A DNA stretch of 64,000 nt, taken from the IMG/VR virus record IMGVR_UViG_3300024503_000332, one strand, 5' to 3'. The notes beneath the pieces were generated by a model that searched no databases, had not been told where the DNA came from, and saw only the letters and a program-made list of their open reading frames with translations. The position numbers and the translations under genes were made by a program. The DNA comes from a virus. How positions within the stretch are numbered: the stretch's first letter is position 1; the number at the start of each line of letters is the position of its first letter. Positions 47,301 to 56,698 of the stretch are shown here, piece after piece.

Positions 47301-50300
47301 ATAGTAGTGGCGGTTGCAGTAGTAGTTACATGCGGAGTCGTTGATAATGTTATCTTACCACTAGATGGAATCGATCCAACATAATATTGTTGACCTGCTG
47401 TGATACCACCAAACGCACCGGTGGTCAACACGTTCATCAACCCTGCGCTAGTAGTGACAGAAAGTACTGATCCTCCGTTAGTAGCACTAATAGTTAACTG
47501 GGTACCGCTAATAATAGAGCTAACGTAGTAAGTAGTTCCAGAAGTCAGCCCACCGATCGGTGACGAACCCTGGGCTGTAGTGAACGATACTGGCATGTTT
47601 ACAACCATACCTAGTGTACTAGTCACTGTGATATAGTTTGTTAGTGCATCTGAGTTAGTTGCTTGAGTACTAATACCAAACTTGATCGGTGTGTTTACAG
47701 TCATGCCTGTAGTTGAACTTAATGTCACTTGGTTGCTAGTACCAGTGATAGTTGTCGAACTTACAGTTTGACTGATGCTGACGGTCCATGTTGAGCCGTT
47801 GCCGCTACCGCTGATATTGGAAACGATATATGTTCCAGAAGCAGTAGTTCCTCCACTTAATACCATTCCTGCTGAGATAGTACCTGACGATAGAGTTCCG
47901 ACAGTTAATGTTGTGCCACTAATACTAGAACCAGTCATAGTCGCTGTGGTCTGTGCTGTGGCAGTGGCTGTTGTTTCTACAGTAGCGTAATCATTTGGCT
48001 GATACACTGTCATAGAAATATATTGATAGTTTTCTCTTAGTAGAGTGGTTGTTAACCCAGTTGGAGTATAAGAGAATGTTCCAGAGCCTGCTGAAGTCGT
48101 GGTAACTGCTCCACCGCCTTTAACTGTAGATATCTGGAAGGTATTTGATGTAGGGTTAATAACATAATACACCTGCCCTGCAGTAATACCAGTAGGTAAT
48201 GTAGCTGTGCTACTAAAAGTCAACGAATAGTTTGTTAATAAACCGTGGTTATTTCTTGTAACGACTGCAGGACTTGCATTGCTAATAGTACAAGTAAACG
48301 GTGCATTAGGATCGTTATAGTCTGTGAACTGTAGAACACGATAAACGTTATTAGCAGCTTCAGTTAACACAAGACCAGTCGATGGTCGAACACTAACTCC
48401 AGACAGTGTACCAGTCAACATCAGTGCTTGGTTCTGTCTCACCGTCATTAATGTGCCATCATTGATCTGTGCATACAGACCAGATAGACCGCTGGCACCT
48501 GTAGTAGAGCCTAGCGTTAGACGTGCAACACCGGAAGGTAAGTCAGCACCTGTGTAGGCACTATTGATCGGATAACGATACAATATACCACTGCCATGAT
48601 CGACTTCTAGTTCTGAGTTTGGAAGTGGAACATATGTATAGTTGTTAATATAGACAATAACGCCTTGTGCAGAGTTTGCATAGTTTCCGCTAGGATAATA
48701 ACAGGTCACTGATTGTGCTAGGTCATAGTATAAATCTGTGGGTGTTGGAACTTCTAATGGATCGCTGCCTTCTGCGACAAGAGCATATACACCGTGCGCA
48801 CTTGAACCTGCGATAGAACGTATCTGACCACCGTTGATAGAATAGTAAGATACTTGACAGTAGTAGGTAAACATTGACACAGCTTCTGTCAAACCGCCGT
48901 TGGTTACCATCACACCGTAGCCTAGGTCAGCGACTTGTGTAAAGTCGTTTGACAGCATACTACGGTTACCCGGCATCAATAGTTCATAGACACGATTATA
49001 GGTATGTGTTCCTGAACCTGCCGAAGTTGTTGCTACAGGAGTGATACTTCCTAATGTATCAGTGACCTGGAAAGAGTTCGCTCCAAGTCCGATTAAAAGC
49101 ACATAATATCTCTTGCCCACAGACAGACCGGTTGGTAATGAACCTGTGGTTGTAAAGGTAATAGTGGCGCCGGCCTGAAGACCGTGATCGACTTTGGTAA
49201 TGACCGCAGGGCTGCCGTTGCTGATGGTACAGGTCTGTACACCAACGTCTTTGGTATAAGGTGTTCCTGGATCAAACACGAATGTAGCCGTAGAACCGTT
49301 TACATTGTAGACCCAATCTCTAACGTAGTTTATTCTGTAAACACTGCCAGTGATAATAACTGAAGCAGGTAAGTTAGGGAATCTCTGAAGACCAGTAACA
49401 ACGATTCTAGTTGAACTGATCTTGCTGACCATGGTAAATTCTAGGTTGCCTGCGAAGCCGTCGACAAACATACCGCCGGCAAACTGCTTGCGTCCAGTGG
49501 ATCCGATAAATGAAGCACTTTCTTGACAGTATGGAGATTTAGCAAGGATTTGACCTGCAGGATCAAGAATCATCATGAACCCGCCTTGTCCTTGTGCTGT
49601 CATTCGACGTAGCATCGTAGCGTCGTTCATCATGAACACGTCAATCTTGTTATTATCTTTTGGAAGATTAACTAATGTTGATCCACTGACAATATCGATA
49701 ATAGCATTAACTAAGTTAGTTACGATGGCTCTAGTACCACCTTCTGCTATGTAAGCATTATCGATGATCTGGGGTACTAGTTCTTGTGTGCTGTTGGTAT
49801 AGAGAATGTTCTGTAGAACATAGTCAGTCAAGACGATTAAATGATTCCACGCTGCCACGGTTTGATCTAACTGATCAGTGATGGCTTTTAGAGCACTAGC
49901 ACTTTGGAAGTACTTTAACGCTGCTGAAATAGTTCTATTATACCCACCGTATCTAAGATCAAATATTAATGCTTCAACAATCAGACCCACGTCTCTCTTA
50001 CATAGTTTTCTGTTGTAGGTAAATGTACCTGGACTGTATGTTGCATTAAGATAAGAAATAACTTGATTTTGTATACTAACTGAAGCTGCTAAAGTAACAG
50101 TTCTATCGTTGGCCGCTACAATATTAGCGGCGTTAGCATCAATGGTTGGATCTACAGGAGAAGCTGCTGATGCTGCACCAACACCGTTGATAATGATATC
50201 TTTGATGATGTCAAACGCACTAGTAAGTGTGGTAGCTGATACACCGCTAGATGAAGCCGCAGGTAGAGTGGTCGTCTGTGAAGTAGTGTTAGAAGCTGAT

Positions 50301-52945
50301 TTACCAGTCCATGATGTTTGATTTGATATTACAGCAGGAAGAATTATCTTTAACTGATTAAGTACACTAGTAAATGCACTGGTTTCTCCGCCGACGGTTG
50401 TTGCATTGAGCGCATCATAGTAAGCAAGTCCTGCTTTAATAGTCTGACTGGTGCCGCCATAGATTAGGTCATAGACCATGGCATCAATGATAAATCCTAC
50501 ATCTCTTCCACACTTGTCTGCGTCATATCCAGGAATGCTTCCAGGATTGAGTTGATCGGTGATATAGCCTAAGACTTCATTTTGTATAAATGTCCTATTG
50601 GCAATGATGATATCTTTAGCATATGATTTATCAGTTACCAACCCTCCTGGATTAGTATAGGTAATAACAGTCGACGGCGTACCTGATTCTATGATATAAA
50701 CGATCTTGTTGAACAGTGTGGTCACAGTCGCAGCACTGGCCACATAGGTAGTGCTACCATAGATAGTATTCAAGACAAGGTCTCTTACTTTCTTGATAGC
50801 AGCAAGTGTCTGACCTTTCTGATAGCTAGTTACCACTCCTGAGTAAGATCTTAGATATGCATTGGCTGCGGTCACGGTTCGATATGTAGATCCTAGTACT
50901 AGGTCATCCATGACCGCATTAATCATGAGATCCACGTCTCTCTTACATTTTACTGTATCAAATGTAAAGTTTCCATCGAATGGTTCTATGTCTGCGGCTA
51001 TCTGCGCATCGATCCAACCGACGATTTCTTCTTGGAACCATTGTTTGTTTAGATATAGTAACTGTGCTGCTGCCTTGTAGTTTCCAGCGTTAGAAATAGC
51101 AGGATATACTCTATTGGCAGGATCTGTTAGATAATGTCTTGCAAATAGTTGTGTTGACGTAGTGATGCTGTCAATAGTAGAATCTCTACGGAATATATCA
51201 AATGCCCAAGGACTTGAACTAGGTCCTGATCTAGGCTTAACTAAGACACGTCTGAACTCGTCACCGATCAATGAAACGTTCTGTGATACTTTCAAAGGAA
51301 AGTTTTCTTCGTAGATACCACTTTCGATAAAAATAGTGATCTGTATATTTTTAGTAATGTCACCATAGCTTATAGCTTCACCAATCTGGAAAGACCCATA
51401 TTTGATGTCAACGTCAAACAGTTCATTTCCCTGATTATCCATAGCACCAGTATGTGTTAGAATCTGTGCTAATGCTCCCGAGGTTTCGCCTCGCATGTAT
51501 AATCCAGGTCTAATATCTCTAGTTGCTAGAGCAGTAGGCGTATCTACCGAATAGTTTCCAGTAAAGTCTGTGAGCTTACCTGCTGTATAGATAGCGAACG
51601 TTGGAAGGTTAGCCACGACACTAGGAACGCTGGTAAAACCAGAACCTGGATCAGTGATCGTAACGCTTTGGATAACTCCGCCGACTACGTTTGCAGTACC
51701 AAATGCGCCAGATCCTCCACCGCCAGTAATACGTACAGAAACAAGTCCAAACCCACTACCACCATTGGAAATAGCGATGTTGTTGACCTTATAGGTTACA
51801 TCAAATGTTGCGCCTGCGCCGAATGTTACTTTGGTTGTGTTTGAGGCAGTACTAGCTACTGATAAGTTACCTGGAATCGCACTATAAACACCTGAACTTA
51901 GTATCTTAAATGTTATTAGAGAACCCGGAGTGGATGCTGTACTGAGCACCTGTATCTTACAAGGCTGGCCACCGGAGGCGACTGTACCACCATCTAGGGT
52001 AATAATATCGCCAACCCAATAGTTTGAACCAGGAGCGTTGATCGTTATCTTATCAACGCTCATTAGGGCAGCGCCAACGAAGCCCGAACCGGAATCGTTT
52101 GAAATACTGATATTGCTTAGAGTACAGGTTCCTGCGCCATTATTATAAGTTAATAGCTTTTTGTATGGTCCTATCTCTACTCTAGATTCGTTTACTAGTT
52201 CTTCTGCACGTTTTAATGCAGCTTCTATTGTGCGATAGGCATAGGCAAGAGCTCTACCTTGTAGTTCGTCGCTGACTCCAGGACGTGCATCAGCACCGCT
52301 AGTTGCGACATATAAGTTTGCGACAGAACCAAAAGCACTGCTGTCTACGTAGGATTTTGTTGCTGCGATCAATCCATCATAGGTTTGATCATCTTCAGGC
52401 TGTGGGTTTCTTGACAAAATCAACGGACCAGTCATTCTTCCGAATGCTTCGTTGACTTCACCTGTGGCAGGATCTATAGCATTAATACCTGCTCTAGCGA
52501 TCTTGCTGTCTACGTATCCTTTGTTTGCTGCTTCGCCAGATGCAACAGGAGTTGTAAGATCAACGATTCTGTATTGATTACCACCTGATGTTGCGCTAAG
52601 ATTTCCACCTAGCTGTGGATATCTATCTGCTGAAATCGCAGAGAAAATAGCGTTAAGTCTGATTTCATTAGGATTAGATGTTTGATCTACGCTAATGCCA
52701 ACGCCCGGAACTAGCTGTTTAAACTTTAAACCTGTAGTAGTTTGGTTAACAGTTACTAGCGCACCTTCTTGACCTACATAGGAAGTAGGAGCGTCTGATA
52801 GTCCTGTAAACTTTAGTCTTTCACCGAGACCTAAAGAACTGTATAGTTCGAGAAAGTTGTCGTTGACTTTACTAAAGGAGTCGCGAATACTATCGCCTGT
52901 GCCGTCATTACCAACCGCACCAATATCAATGATTTTTCTTGCCAT
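44375..52945 (-). CDS. Giant tail fibre/structural protein with C-terminal intramolecular-chaperone domain
   Basis: 2856 aa; NDGTGDSIRDSF N-terminus, CxRDV repeats, SPAV..HGL..LPTG..YYV repeats, ADLAENY...GRVPCKV C-terminus. Confidence 0.8.
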   Translation of the reverse strand: MARKIIDIGAVGNDGTGDSIRDSFSKVNDNFLELYSSLGLGERLKFTGLSDAPTSYVGQEGALVTVNQTTTGLKFKQLVPGVGISVDQTSNPNEIRLNAIFSAISADRYPQLGGNLSATSGGNQYRIVDLTTPVASGEAANKGYVDSKIARAGINAIDPATGEVNEAFGRMTGPLILSRNPQPEDDQTYDGLIAATKSYVDSSAFGSVANLYVATSGADARPGVSDELQGRALAYAYRTIEAALKRAEELVNESRVEIGPYKKLLTYNNGAGTCTLSNISISNDSGSGFVGAALMSVDKITINAPGSNYWVGDIITLDGGTVASGGQPCKIQVLSTASTPGSLITFKILSSGVYSAIPGNLSVASTASNTTKVTFGAGATFDVTYKVNNIAISNGGSGFGLVSVRITGGGGSGAFGTANVVGGVIQSVTITDPGSGFTSVPSVVANLPTFAIYTAGKLTDFTGNYSVDTPTALATRDIRPGLYMRGETSGALAQILTHTGAMDNQGNELFDVDIKYGSFQIGEAISYGDITKNIQITIFIESGIYEENFPLKVSQNVSLIGDEFRRVLVKPRSGPSSSPWAFDIFRRDSTIDSITTSTQLFARHYLTDPANRVYPAISNAGNYKAAAQLLYLNKQWFQEEIVGWIDAQIAADIEPFDGNFTFDTVKCKRDVDLMINAVMDDLVLGSTYRTVTAANAYLRSYSGVVTSYQKGQTLAAIKKVRDLVLNTIYGSTTYVASAATVTTLFNKIVYIIESGTPSTVITYTNPGGLVTDKSYAKDIIIANRTFIQNEVLGYITDQLNPGSIPGYDADKCGRDVGFIIDAMVYDLIYGGTSQTIKAGLAYYDALNATTVGGETSAFTSVLNQLKIILPAVISNQTSWTGKSASNTTSQTTTLPAASSSGVSATTLTSAFDIIKDIIINGVGAASAASPVDPTIDANAANIVAANDRTVTLAASVSIQNQVISYLNATYSPGTFTYNRKLCKRDVGLIVEALIFDLRYGGYNRTISAALKYFQSASALKAITDQLDQTVAAWNHLIVLTDYVLQNILYTNSTQELVPQIIDNAYIAEGGTRAIVTNLVNAIIDIVSGSTLVNLPKDNNKIDVFMMNDATMLRRMTAQGQGGFMMILDPAGQILAKSPYCQESASFIGSTGRKQFAGGMFVDGFAGNLEFTMVSKISSTRIVVTGLQRFPNLPASVIITGSVYRINYVRDWVYNVNGSTATFVFDPGTPYTKDVGVQTCTISNGSPAVITKVDHGLQAGATITFTTTGSLPTGLSVGKRYYVLLIGLGANSFQVTDTLGSITPVATTSAGSGTHTYNRVYELLMPGNRSMLSNDFTQVADLGYGVMVTNGGLTEAVSMFTYYCQVSYYSINGGQIRSIAGSSAHGVYALVAEGSDPLEVPTPTDLYYDLAQSVTCYYPSGNYANSAQGVIVYINNYTYVPLPNSELEVDHGSGILYRYPINSAYTGADLPSGVARLTLGSTTGASGLSGLYAQINDGTLMTVRQNQALMLTGTLSGVSVRPSTGLVLTEAANNVYRVLQFTDYNDPNAPFTCTISNASPAVVTRNNHGLLTNYSLTFSSTATLPTGITAGQVYYVINPTSNTFQISTVKGGGAVTTTSAGSGTFSYTPTGLTTTLLRENYQYISMTVYQPNDYATVETTATATAQTTATMTGSSISGTTLTVGTLSSGTISAGMVLSGGTTASGTYIVSNISGSGNGSTWTVSISQTVSSTTITGTSNQVTLSSTTGMTVNTPIKFGISTQATNSDALTNYITVTSTLGMVVNMPVSFTTAQGSSPIGGLTSGTTYYVSSIISGTQLTISATNGGSVLSVTTSAGLMNVLTTGAFGGITAGQQYYVGSIPSSGKITLSTTPHVTTTATATTITTASFTGSISSSILTVTNLASGTIIAGMVLSGSGIAANTYIVSGSGASWIVNTAQTVASTSMSATAYTVTVTNSGLMSIGQPIAFTGTGFGNIASGTQYYIAAIPSSTSLALSATSALTSIFQISNASGSIPGIAKHNPVTVSSASGTINTVFGGGTPVTISVASPAVLTSTYAHGLSAGDVVKLETSGTLPTGLLATTHYFVLASGLTTTSFTLSLTPGGTAIQTSLLNAGTHSVSKVRGRVGDTWFAVVALGPYDRSRAAGSVFNWKGVNYVITKYDPETVTNTAFGRVYVSQINLVTGVQSGVGLNDSVISYTSAITLKAGVRRGTTNANGTLTIRIALTRVTGHDLLDIGTGSYADTNYPNEIYGPAVNARNAAGEVIEKTVGRVFYVTTDQYGNFRVGPYFSVDQGTGKVSFSAAIALSNLDGLGFKRGVPISEFSTDSSFANNATDTVPTQNATRIYLERRLGLTHNGAVVDPSQVIPINTGGFLPLNGALKMKANLDMGNQKVINIANPVNPLDAVNLQSMTFANFQDFSGASIASGQLLSFTGTGFGAVNATVTGDITLSLNPTTRLITASVGAGTITNSKVSGSAAIDQSKLNMNAATTRTNATGINQAALGLASFDDALFVSTNGWITIKTNSLPLTSISQIASNTVLGNSSISTGNITAVNFTTVVDSGGSIKKSQYSTTGFLRRTGGTGTGDGDYTVVEMSAAYTGSSDNNKLINRDSSGNFSANEINVSKVNVDNNTSIDTATAGSGGYIRYYGWNSVGGILVQSGTVSTDNKSLYWNDTHQFKTKDGGTDAPITASSIQVTAITTGGNTNSGTITGRWTLTGTSPNESRLQATYSADLAENYEGDKEYEVGTVLVFGGEKEVTTSNIKGDTRVAGVVSNTAAYTMYEACPGFKNLVALQGRVPCKVVGKIKKGDILITSGIPGVAVAATGDVKVGTVVGKALKDYDSDHIGTVEIAVGRT

Positions 52946-52974
52946 GGTTTATCCCAAGAATAGCTTATATCCAT

Positions 52975-53010
52975 TATTTAGCCTAAACTTTTATAAGCCT
53001 AATGTAAATA
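52975..53010. promoter_or_regulatory. Divergent TAAATA late-promoter-like pair
   Basis: TAAATA on minus at 52975-52980 and on plus at 53005-53010, each just upstream of a gene. Confidence 0.5.
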
Positions 53011-53014
53011 CCAT

Positions 53015-53302
53015 ATGTACTTGGGAAAAGAAACAGAATTAAATCAATATGTAAGAACCAGCAAGCTCGGTAATGAGCATGTTTATTATCGTCGAAAGAC
53101 TCTGGCTATCTTCCGTTGTGATAACTGTGACGAAATCTTTAAAAGAGATCTAAAAAAGATGCATAAGAAAAGATTGAGCAACAATTTTTTCCATTGCTGT
53201 TCGAAGTGTGACTCTAAACGTTTTGCGCAGAAAAAAGGAGTAGAACAGAAAAAGATATGGGATATGCCTGCCAGTACAGAACTTCCTGTGGCCAAGTATT
53301 GA
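53015..53302 (+). CDS. Cys-rich putative zinc-binding protein
   Basis: CDNC...CCSKC. Confidence 0.7.
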   Translation: MYLGKETELNQYVRTSKLGNEHVYYRRKTLAIFRCDNCDEIFKRDLKKMHKKRLSNNFFHCCSKCDSKRFAQKKGVEQKKIWDMPASTELPVAKY

Positions 53303-53331
53303 CAACTAAATAAAGCACAAGGAGATTTACT

Positions 53332-53571
53332 ATGTTAAAGCTATTAGCCAAACTTTTTGGAGCCAAGAATACAGCACCAGCTGAGCCAGAGGCACCCTAT
53401 AAAGTAGAAGCACCTGCTCCAGCACCAACGCCGGTCGCAGAACAGGCAGCTCAGGCTGTGGTAGAAAGCATTGCACCTGCCAAAAAGAAAGCACCTGCCA
53501 AAAAGACTGGTGCTCCTAAGCAAGGTGCTGCTAAAAAACCACGTAAGCCTAAATCAAAGCCCCAAGCGTAA
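53332..53571 (+). CDS. Lys/Ala/Pro-rich small protein
   Basis: EAPYKVEAP, histone-like basic tail; AAGGAG SD and TAAATA upstream. Confidence 0.75.
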   Translation: MLKLLAKLFGAKNTAPAEPEAPYKVEAPAPAPTPVAEQAAQAVVESIAPAKKKAPAKKTGAPKQGAAKKPRKPKSKPQA

Positions 53572-54579
53572 GGCTTGCTGATGTAGAGCAAAACTAGCTA
53601 GATTTTTAGCTTTGCTCTCACACATAATATCAAAGCTGTCTCGGAAACTCAGAGCCCATTCATTAACTGCTGTATTCCAGTAGAAGTTAGAGTGAGCTCT
53701 GAGTTTCGCTTTTTTGTAACCTTCGGAAAGTAGTTTGTGATAGTCGGGCAATGTTTGATCGCAATGATCTACGAGAACATCTTCACGACTAATAGAATAA
53801 TGCATGACAGGCCTAACACCCCGCCAGCTCTCAACCACCATTTGAACACGCGAGTCCATGGGTTGTATATATTCCCCGCTATGTACCCAATGGTGATGTA
53901 CATCCATAACCACAGGAACGATATCGCTAATACTAAGGCAAGTTTCAAGTCCATGCGTCATTTCCTCATTTTCGATAGTGATAGTGTTACGTGCTTCGGG
54001 TGTTAAGCGGCCCAATACAGCACGTATTCCATCGGGGCCTCGTCGACCCGCGATATGAACGTTGATTTTAAAGTCCTGAAACGTTTGGCCAAATCCCATC
54101 CAGCGAGCCATGTCCACATGATATTCAAACTCCTCTATAGATCGGCTGACAATATCATCGTTATCACTTGCCAGCACAGTAAACTGACCAGGATGAAAAC
54201 TGAGCCTAACACGATTCTTGCGAGCCAAATCACCGACGGCTCTGAAATGTCTTTCGGCGTAATCTCGCACATCGGGAGTCCGCCAAAACCAAGACCAGCT
54301 TGGCTCAGTGTACACAGGAAGTATATCGCTGCTGAGTCGTACCATTCTAAGATCTTCATCAAGTGCTCCTACACGTTCTACAAGAAGACGTGTGGACTCA
54401 ATGTTTTGTTTCATGAGAGACCATAGTTTATCTACAGCCACGTCCTTGGTTTGTCTATTTAACCAAGCTACGGTAGTAGTTCCGGTGTTGTAGATCTTGC
54501 ACTCATCTTTAGGCTTAATGCCATCTACCTGATGAGGGTGATCGATCCATTTGCAAGCGAAGCCAATACGTTTAGTCAT
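53554..54579 (-). CDS. uvsE: UV-damage endonuclease
   Basis: RIGFAC, RLSSDILP, HPGQF, IENEE, DVHHH, AHS, MCESKAK. Confidence 0.92.
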   Translation of the reverse strand: MTKRIGFACKWIDHPHQVDGIKPKDECKIYNTGTTTVAWLNRQTKDVAVDKLWSLMKQNIESTRLLVERVGALDEDLRMVRLSSDILPVYTEPSWSWFWRTPDVRDYAERHFRAVGDLARKNRVRLSFHPGQFTVLASDNDDIVSRSIEEFEYHVDMARWMGFGQTFQDFKINVHIAGRRGPDGIRAVLGRLTPEARNTITIENEEMTHGLETCLSISDIVPVVMDVHHHWVHSGEYIQPMDSRVQMVVESWRGVRPVMHYSISREDVLVDHCDQTLPDYHKLLSEGYKKAKLRAHSNFYWNTAVNEWALSFRDSFDIMCESKAKNLASFALHQQALRLGL

Positions 54580-54585
54580 AGTATT

Positions 54586-54615
54586 ATTATACAATAAATC
54601 AACGCCAGTTGTCAA
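54586..54615 (-). promoter_or_regulatory. Sigma70 promoter; predicted leaderless uvsE mRNA
   Basis: TTGACA-18 nt-TATAAT, 6 nt before the ATG. Confidence 0.55.
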
Positions 54616-55285
54616 TGATGAAAGGATCCATTACATCTTCTGGTTTTGGATCTCCGTGGAATACTAATACGCTACATTGTGCAGGTATAGCGATGTCTTT
54701 TACTTCTTTGAATACACGTTTGGCGTTTATATAGACTAGCTCTTCTTTGGTTCTTATTTCCCATTTATAGCTCATGATCCATTCTAATGGCCAATATTTG
54801 ATATAAGACTTAGATATGCTGTAGATCCAATCTTGATCCCCGGGCATAGACAATGCTTCTCCGGGATTTTCTTTAAACTTTGCCCATATGATAGACTGTG
54901 ATCCTTTAGTCCAACTCATTACTGAACTGTTTAACACACACCAGTCCTTATGGAATGCTCGGTTGAAGTCTCTTATTCCATAAAAATCTTCGCCGCCAAG
55001 TAACTTTTCTATGTTACCACAGACTACAACATCGAGATCAAAATAAAGTATGCGGCCTTGTATGTCCAACGACGGATCGAACATATGAACTTTATGCCAC
55101 CAACCTTTGGCATATCCGGCATTTGATTGCACTATCAGTCTTACACCTTCGATGGGTTCGGGATCGTCCGTTAGGCAAACAAAATCGTAAGGTATCGTAA
55201 TATGTCGAGAGACCATATTTCTCAATCTCTCGACATATTCTTTTCCGTATTTGTTTCCAAATCTAACGCAGAGTATAGTTACCAA
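54599..55285 (-). CDS. GT-A fold glycosyltransferase (GT8-like)
   Basis: FVCLTD, WWHKV, YFDLD, NSSVM, GDQD, FHGDPKP. Confidence 0.8.
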   Translation of the reverse strand: MVTILCVRFGNKYGKEYVERLRNMVSRHITIPYDFVCLTDDPEPIEGVRLIVQSNAGYAKGWWHKVHMFDPSLDIQGRILYFDLDVVVCGNIEKLLGGEDFYGIRDFNRAFHKDWCVLNSSVMSWTKGSQSIIWAKFKENPGEALSMPGDQDWIYSISKSYIKYWPLEWIMSYKWEIRTKEELVYINAKRVFKEVKDIAIPAQCSVLVFHGDPKPEDVMDPFIIDNWR

Positions 55286-55437
55286 TGTCGTATCACTCCT
55301 GCTACAATAAAAATATTAGTGATAATGTAGATCAGGATGATTACAGTACGGACAAGTGCTATTTTATCAGCTTCCTGATCATTAGCACCTGCCTTTTCAC
55401 CTAGGGCCTTTGCCCATAGTCTCCATATGTTACGCAT
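55279..55437 (-). CDS. Small single-TM phage protein (52 aa, not in ORF track)
   Basis: MRNIWRLWAKALGEKAGANDQEADKIALVRT...AGVIRHW. Confidence 0.7.
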   Translation of the reverse strand: MRNIWRLWAKALGEKAGANDQEADKIALVRTVIILIYIITNIFIVAGVIRHW

Positions 55438-55972
55438 CACCCTCATAGATCGCTGAGTTTCCTGCGTGTTCGAAAACTTCTACACTTCTCAGTTTTACAC
55501 CTTGTCCAACCGGATATCTGGCAGTGAAAGTATTTTTAGGTCCTTGAGTACCGTGCAGTATCCAATGATCACCTCTCTGAAAGGTCTTAAGAATATCATC
55601 CATGGTCTTGTATGCGAGTTCTGCAAACTTTTCACAACCTACAGCTTCGACAACTCGTAGGTCACACATACCTCCTTGGTCCTGCAATCCATATGCCGCC
55701 ATGCCTCGGAAAATATCTAGATAAGGGTCGTCTTGTGCGATAATCAGAGTATGATCAAACATATGTTCTGACCATTCTTTAAATGCTTTAAGACCGCCGA
55801 AGTCCATTACCCAGTTACGATCATCTAGTGTTTCTGATTCAAATATTAGTTTGATACCGATAGAATAACCGTGGAGCAATGAACAATGACTATGGGTGCT
55901 ACGCCATTGTCTGAAACAACAACTGAGCCCTCTGTCGTTGCCGTATGTTTTAGTTGAAATATATTTCGCCAT
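55430..55972 (-). CDS. queD: 6-carboxytetrahydropterin synthase (QueD/PTPS)
   Basis: HCSLLHGY, WVMDFGGLK, FDHTL, GCEKFA, VEVFEH; AGGAGG SD. Confidence 0.85.
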   Translation of the reverse strand: MAKYISTKTYGNDRGLSCCFRQWRSTHSHCSLLHGYSIGIKLIFESETLDDRNWVMDFGGLKAFKEWSEHMFDHTLIIAQDDPYLDIFRGMAAYGLQDQGGMCDLRVVEAVGCEKFAELAYKTMDDILKTFQRGDHWILHGTQGPKNTFTARYPVGQGVKLRSVEVFEHAGNSAIYEGDA

Positions 55973-56007
55973 CTCTTGCCTCCTGTAAAAATAAGCGAGT
56001 AAGTTTG

Positions 56008-56055
56008 ATGACACGCAGAGTATTTAGAGAGGGGTGAGCGTCATTCGAGTCCTCT
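56008..56055 (-). ncRNA. Candidate H-type pseudoknot / riboswitch-like leader of queD
   Basis: P1 AGAGG/CCUCU; loop AUGACGC pairs with downstream GUGUCAU; lies between the promoter and SD. Confidence 0.45.
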
Positions 56056-56074
56056 TTGTGTATGTGTGTTTATT

Positions 56075-56103
56075 AATATACTATTTTTAGTTACCTTTGT
56101 CAA
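56075..56103 (-). promoter_or_regulatory. Sigma70 promoter for queD
   Basis: TTGACA-17 nt-TATATT. Confidence 0.65.
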
Positions 56104-56698
56104 CCACAAAATCATTTATGTTCTGGAAATGTACATGGTCATGTCGCCATTCTTCTGGTATTTTCCAACCTTCATTATTCAGTACTGTGAACTCTACGAA
56201 CGGATTGATTTTGAAGATCATTCCTATTTGATAAATCCAATATGCTGGATCGACTGCATCGGCAGTCTCTGGAAGATAATGTTGTGTGCCTTTGTAGATG
56301 TTATTGATTTTTCCATTAGATGGATACAAGTCAAAACCTGCTAATACTATTTTTGGAAATCCAAGTTCAGTAGCCAACAATACAGCATAAGGACCACTAC
56401 CCCAATGCTCGGCACGATCTTGTTTTTGTGTGCCTACATATGGAATATTCGGAAGAGGTTTGAATATTTCAACACGATTGAGCGCGACCATGTTTTGTGG
56501 TCTAACAAATATCCCTACTCGATGTTGATTAATGCGACTAGCTTCTTGTGCCATACGGACATCGCAGCATACAACATAGTCCATTGGATGGTCGCGGACG
56601 ATGGCATTACAACCGATCGTAGTGAAATGGTTTGAAAGATTTTCAATGTCAAGGCTTTTACGGCTCTCACCGTTGCCTAATACCAATGCTTGCAACAC
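56087..56698 (-). CDS. Hypothetical Rossmann-like protein (DUF115/sialyltransferase-like)
   Basis: LVLGNGESR, IGCNA, WGSG, LAGFD. Confidence 0.6.
   Translation of the reverse strand: MLQALVLGNGESRKSLDIENLSNHFTTIGCNAIVRDHPMDYVVCCDVRMAQEASRINQHRVGIFVRPQNMVALNRVEIFKPLPNIPYVGTQKQDRAEHWGSGPYAVLLATELGFPKIVLAGFDLYPSNGKINNIYKGTQHYLPETADAVDPAYWIYQIGMIFKINPFVEFTVLNNEGWKIPEEWRHDHVHFQNINDFVVDKGN

Noticed and set aside
37781-51080. Many 60-190 aa plus-strand ORFs across the tail genes
   Set aside because: Antisense to long structural genes; explained by codon bias
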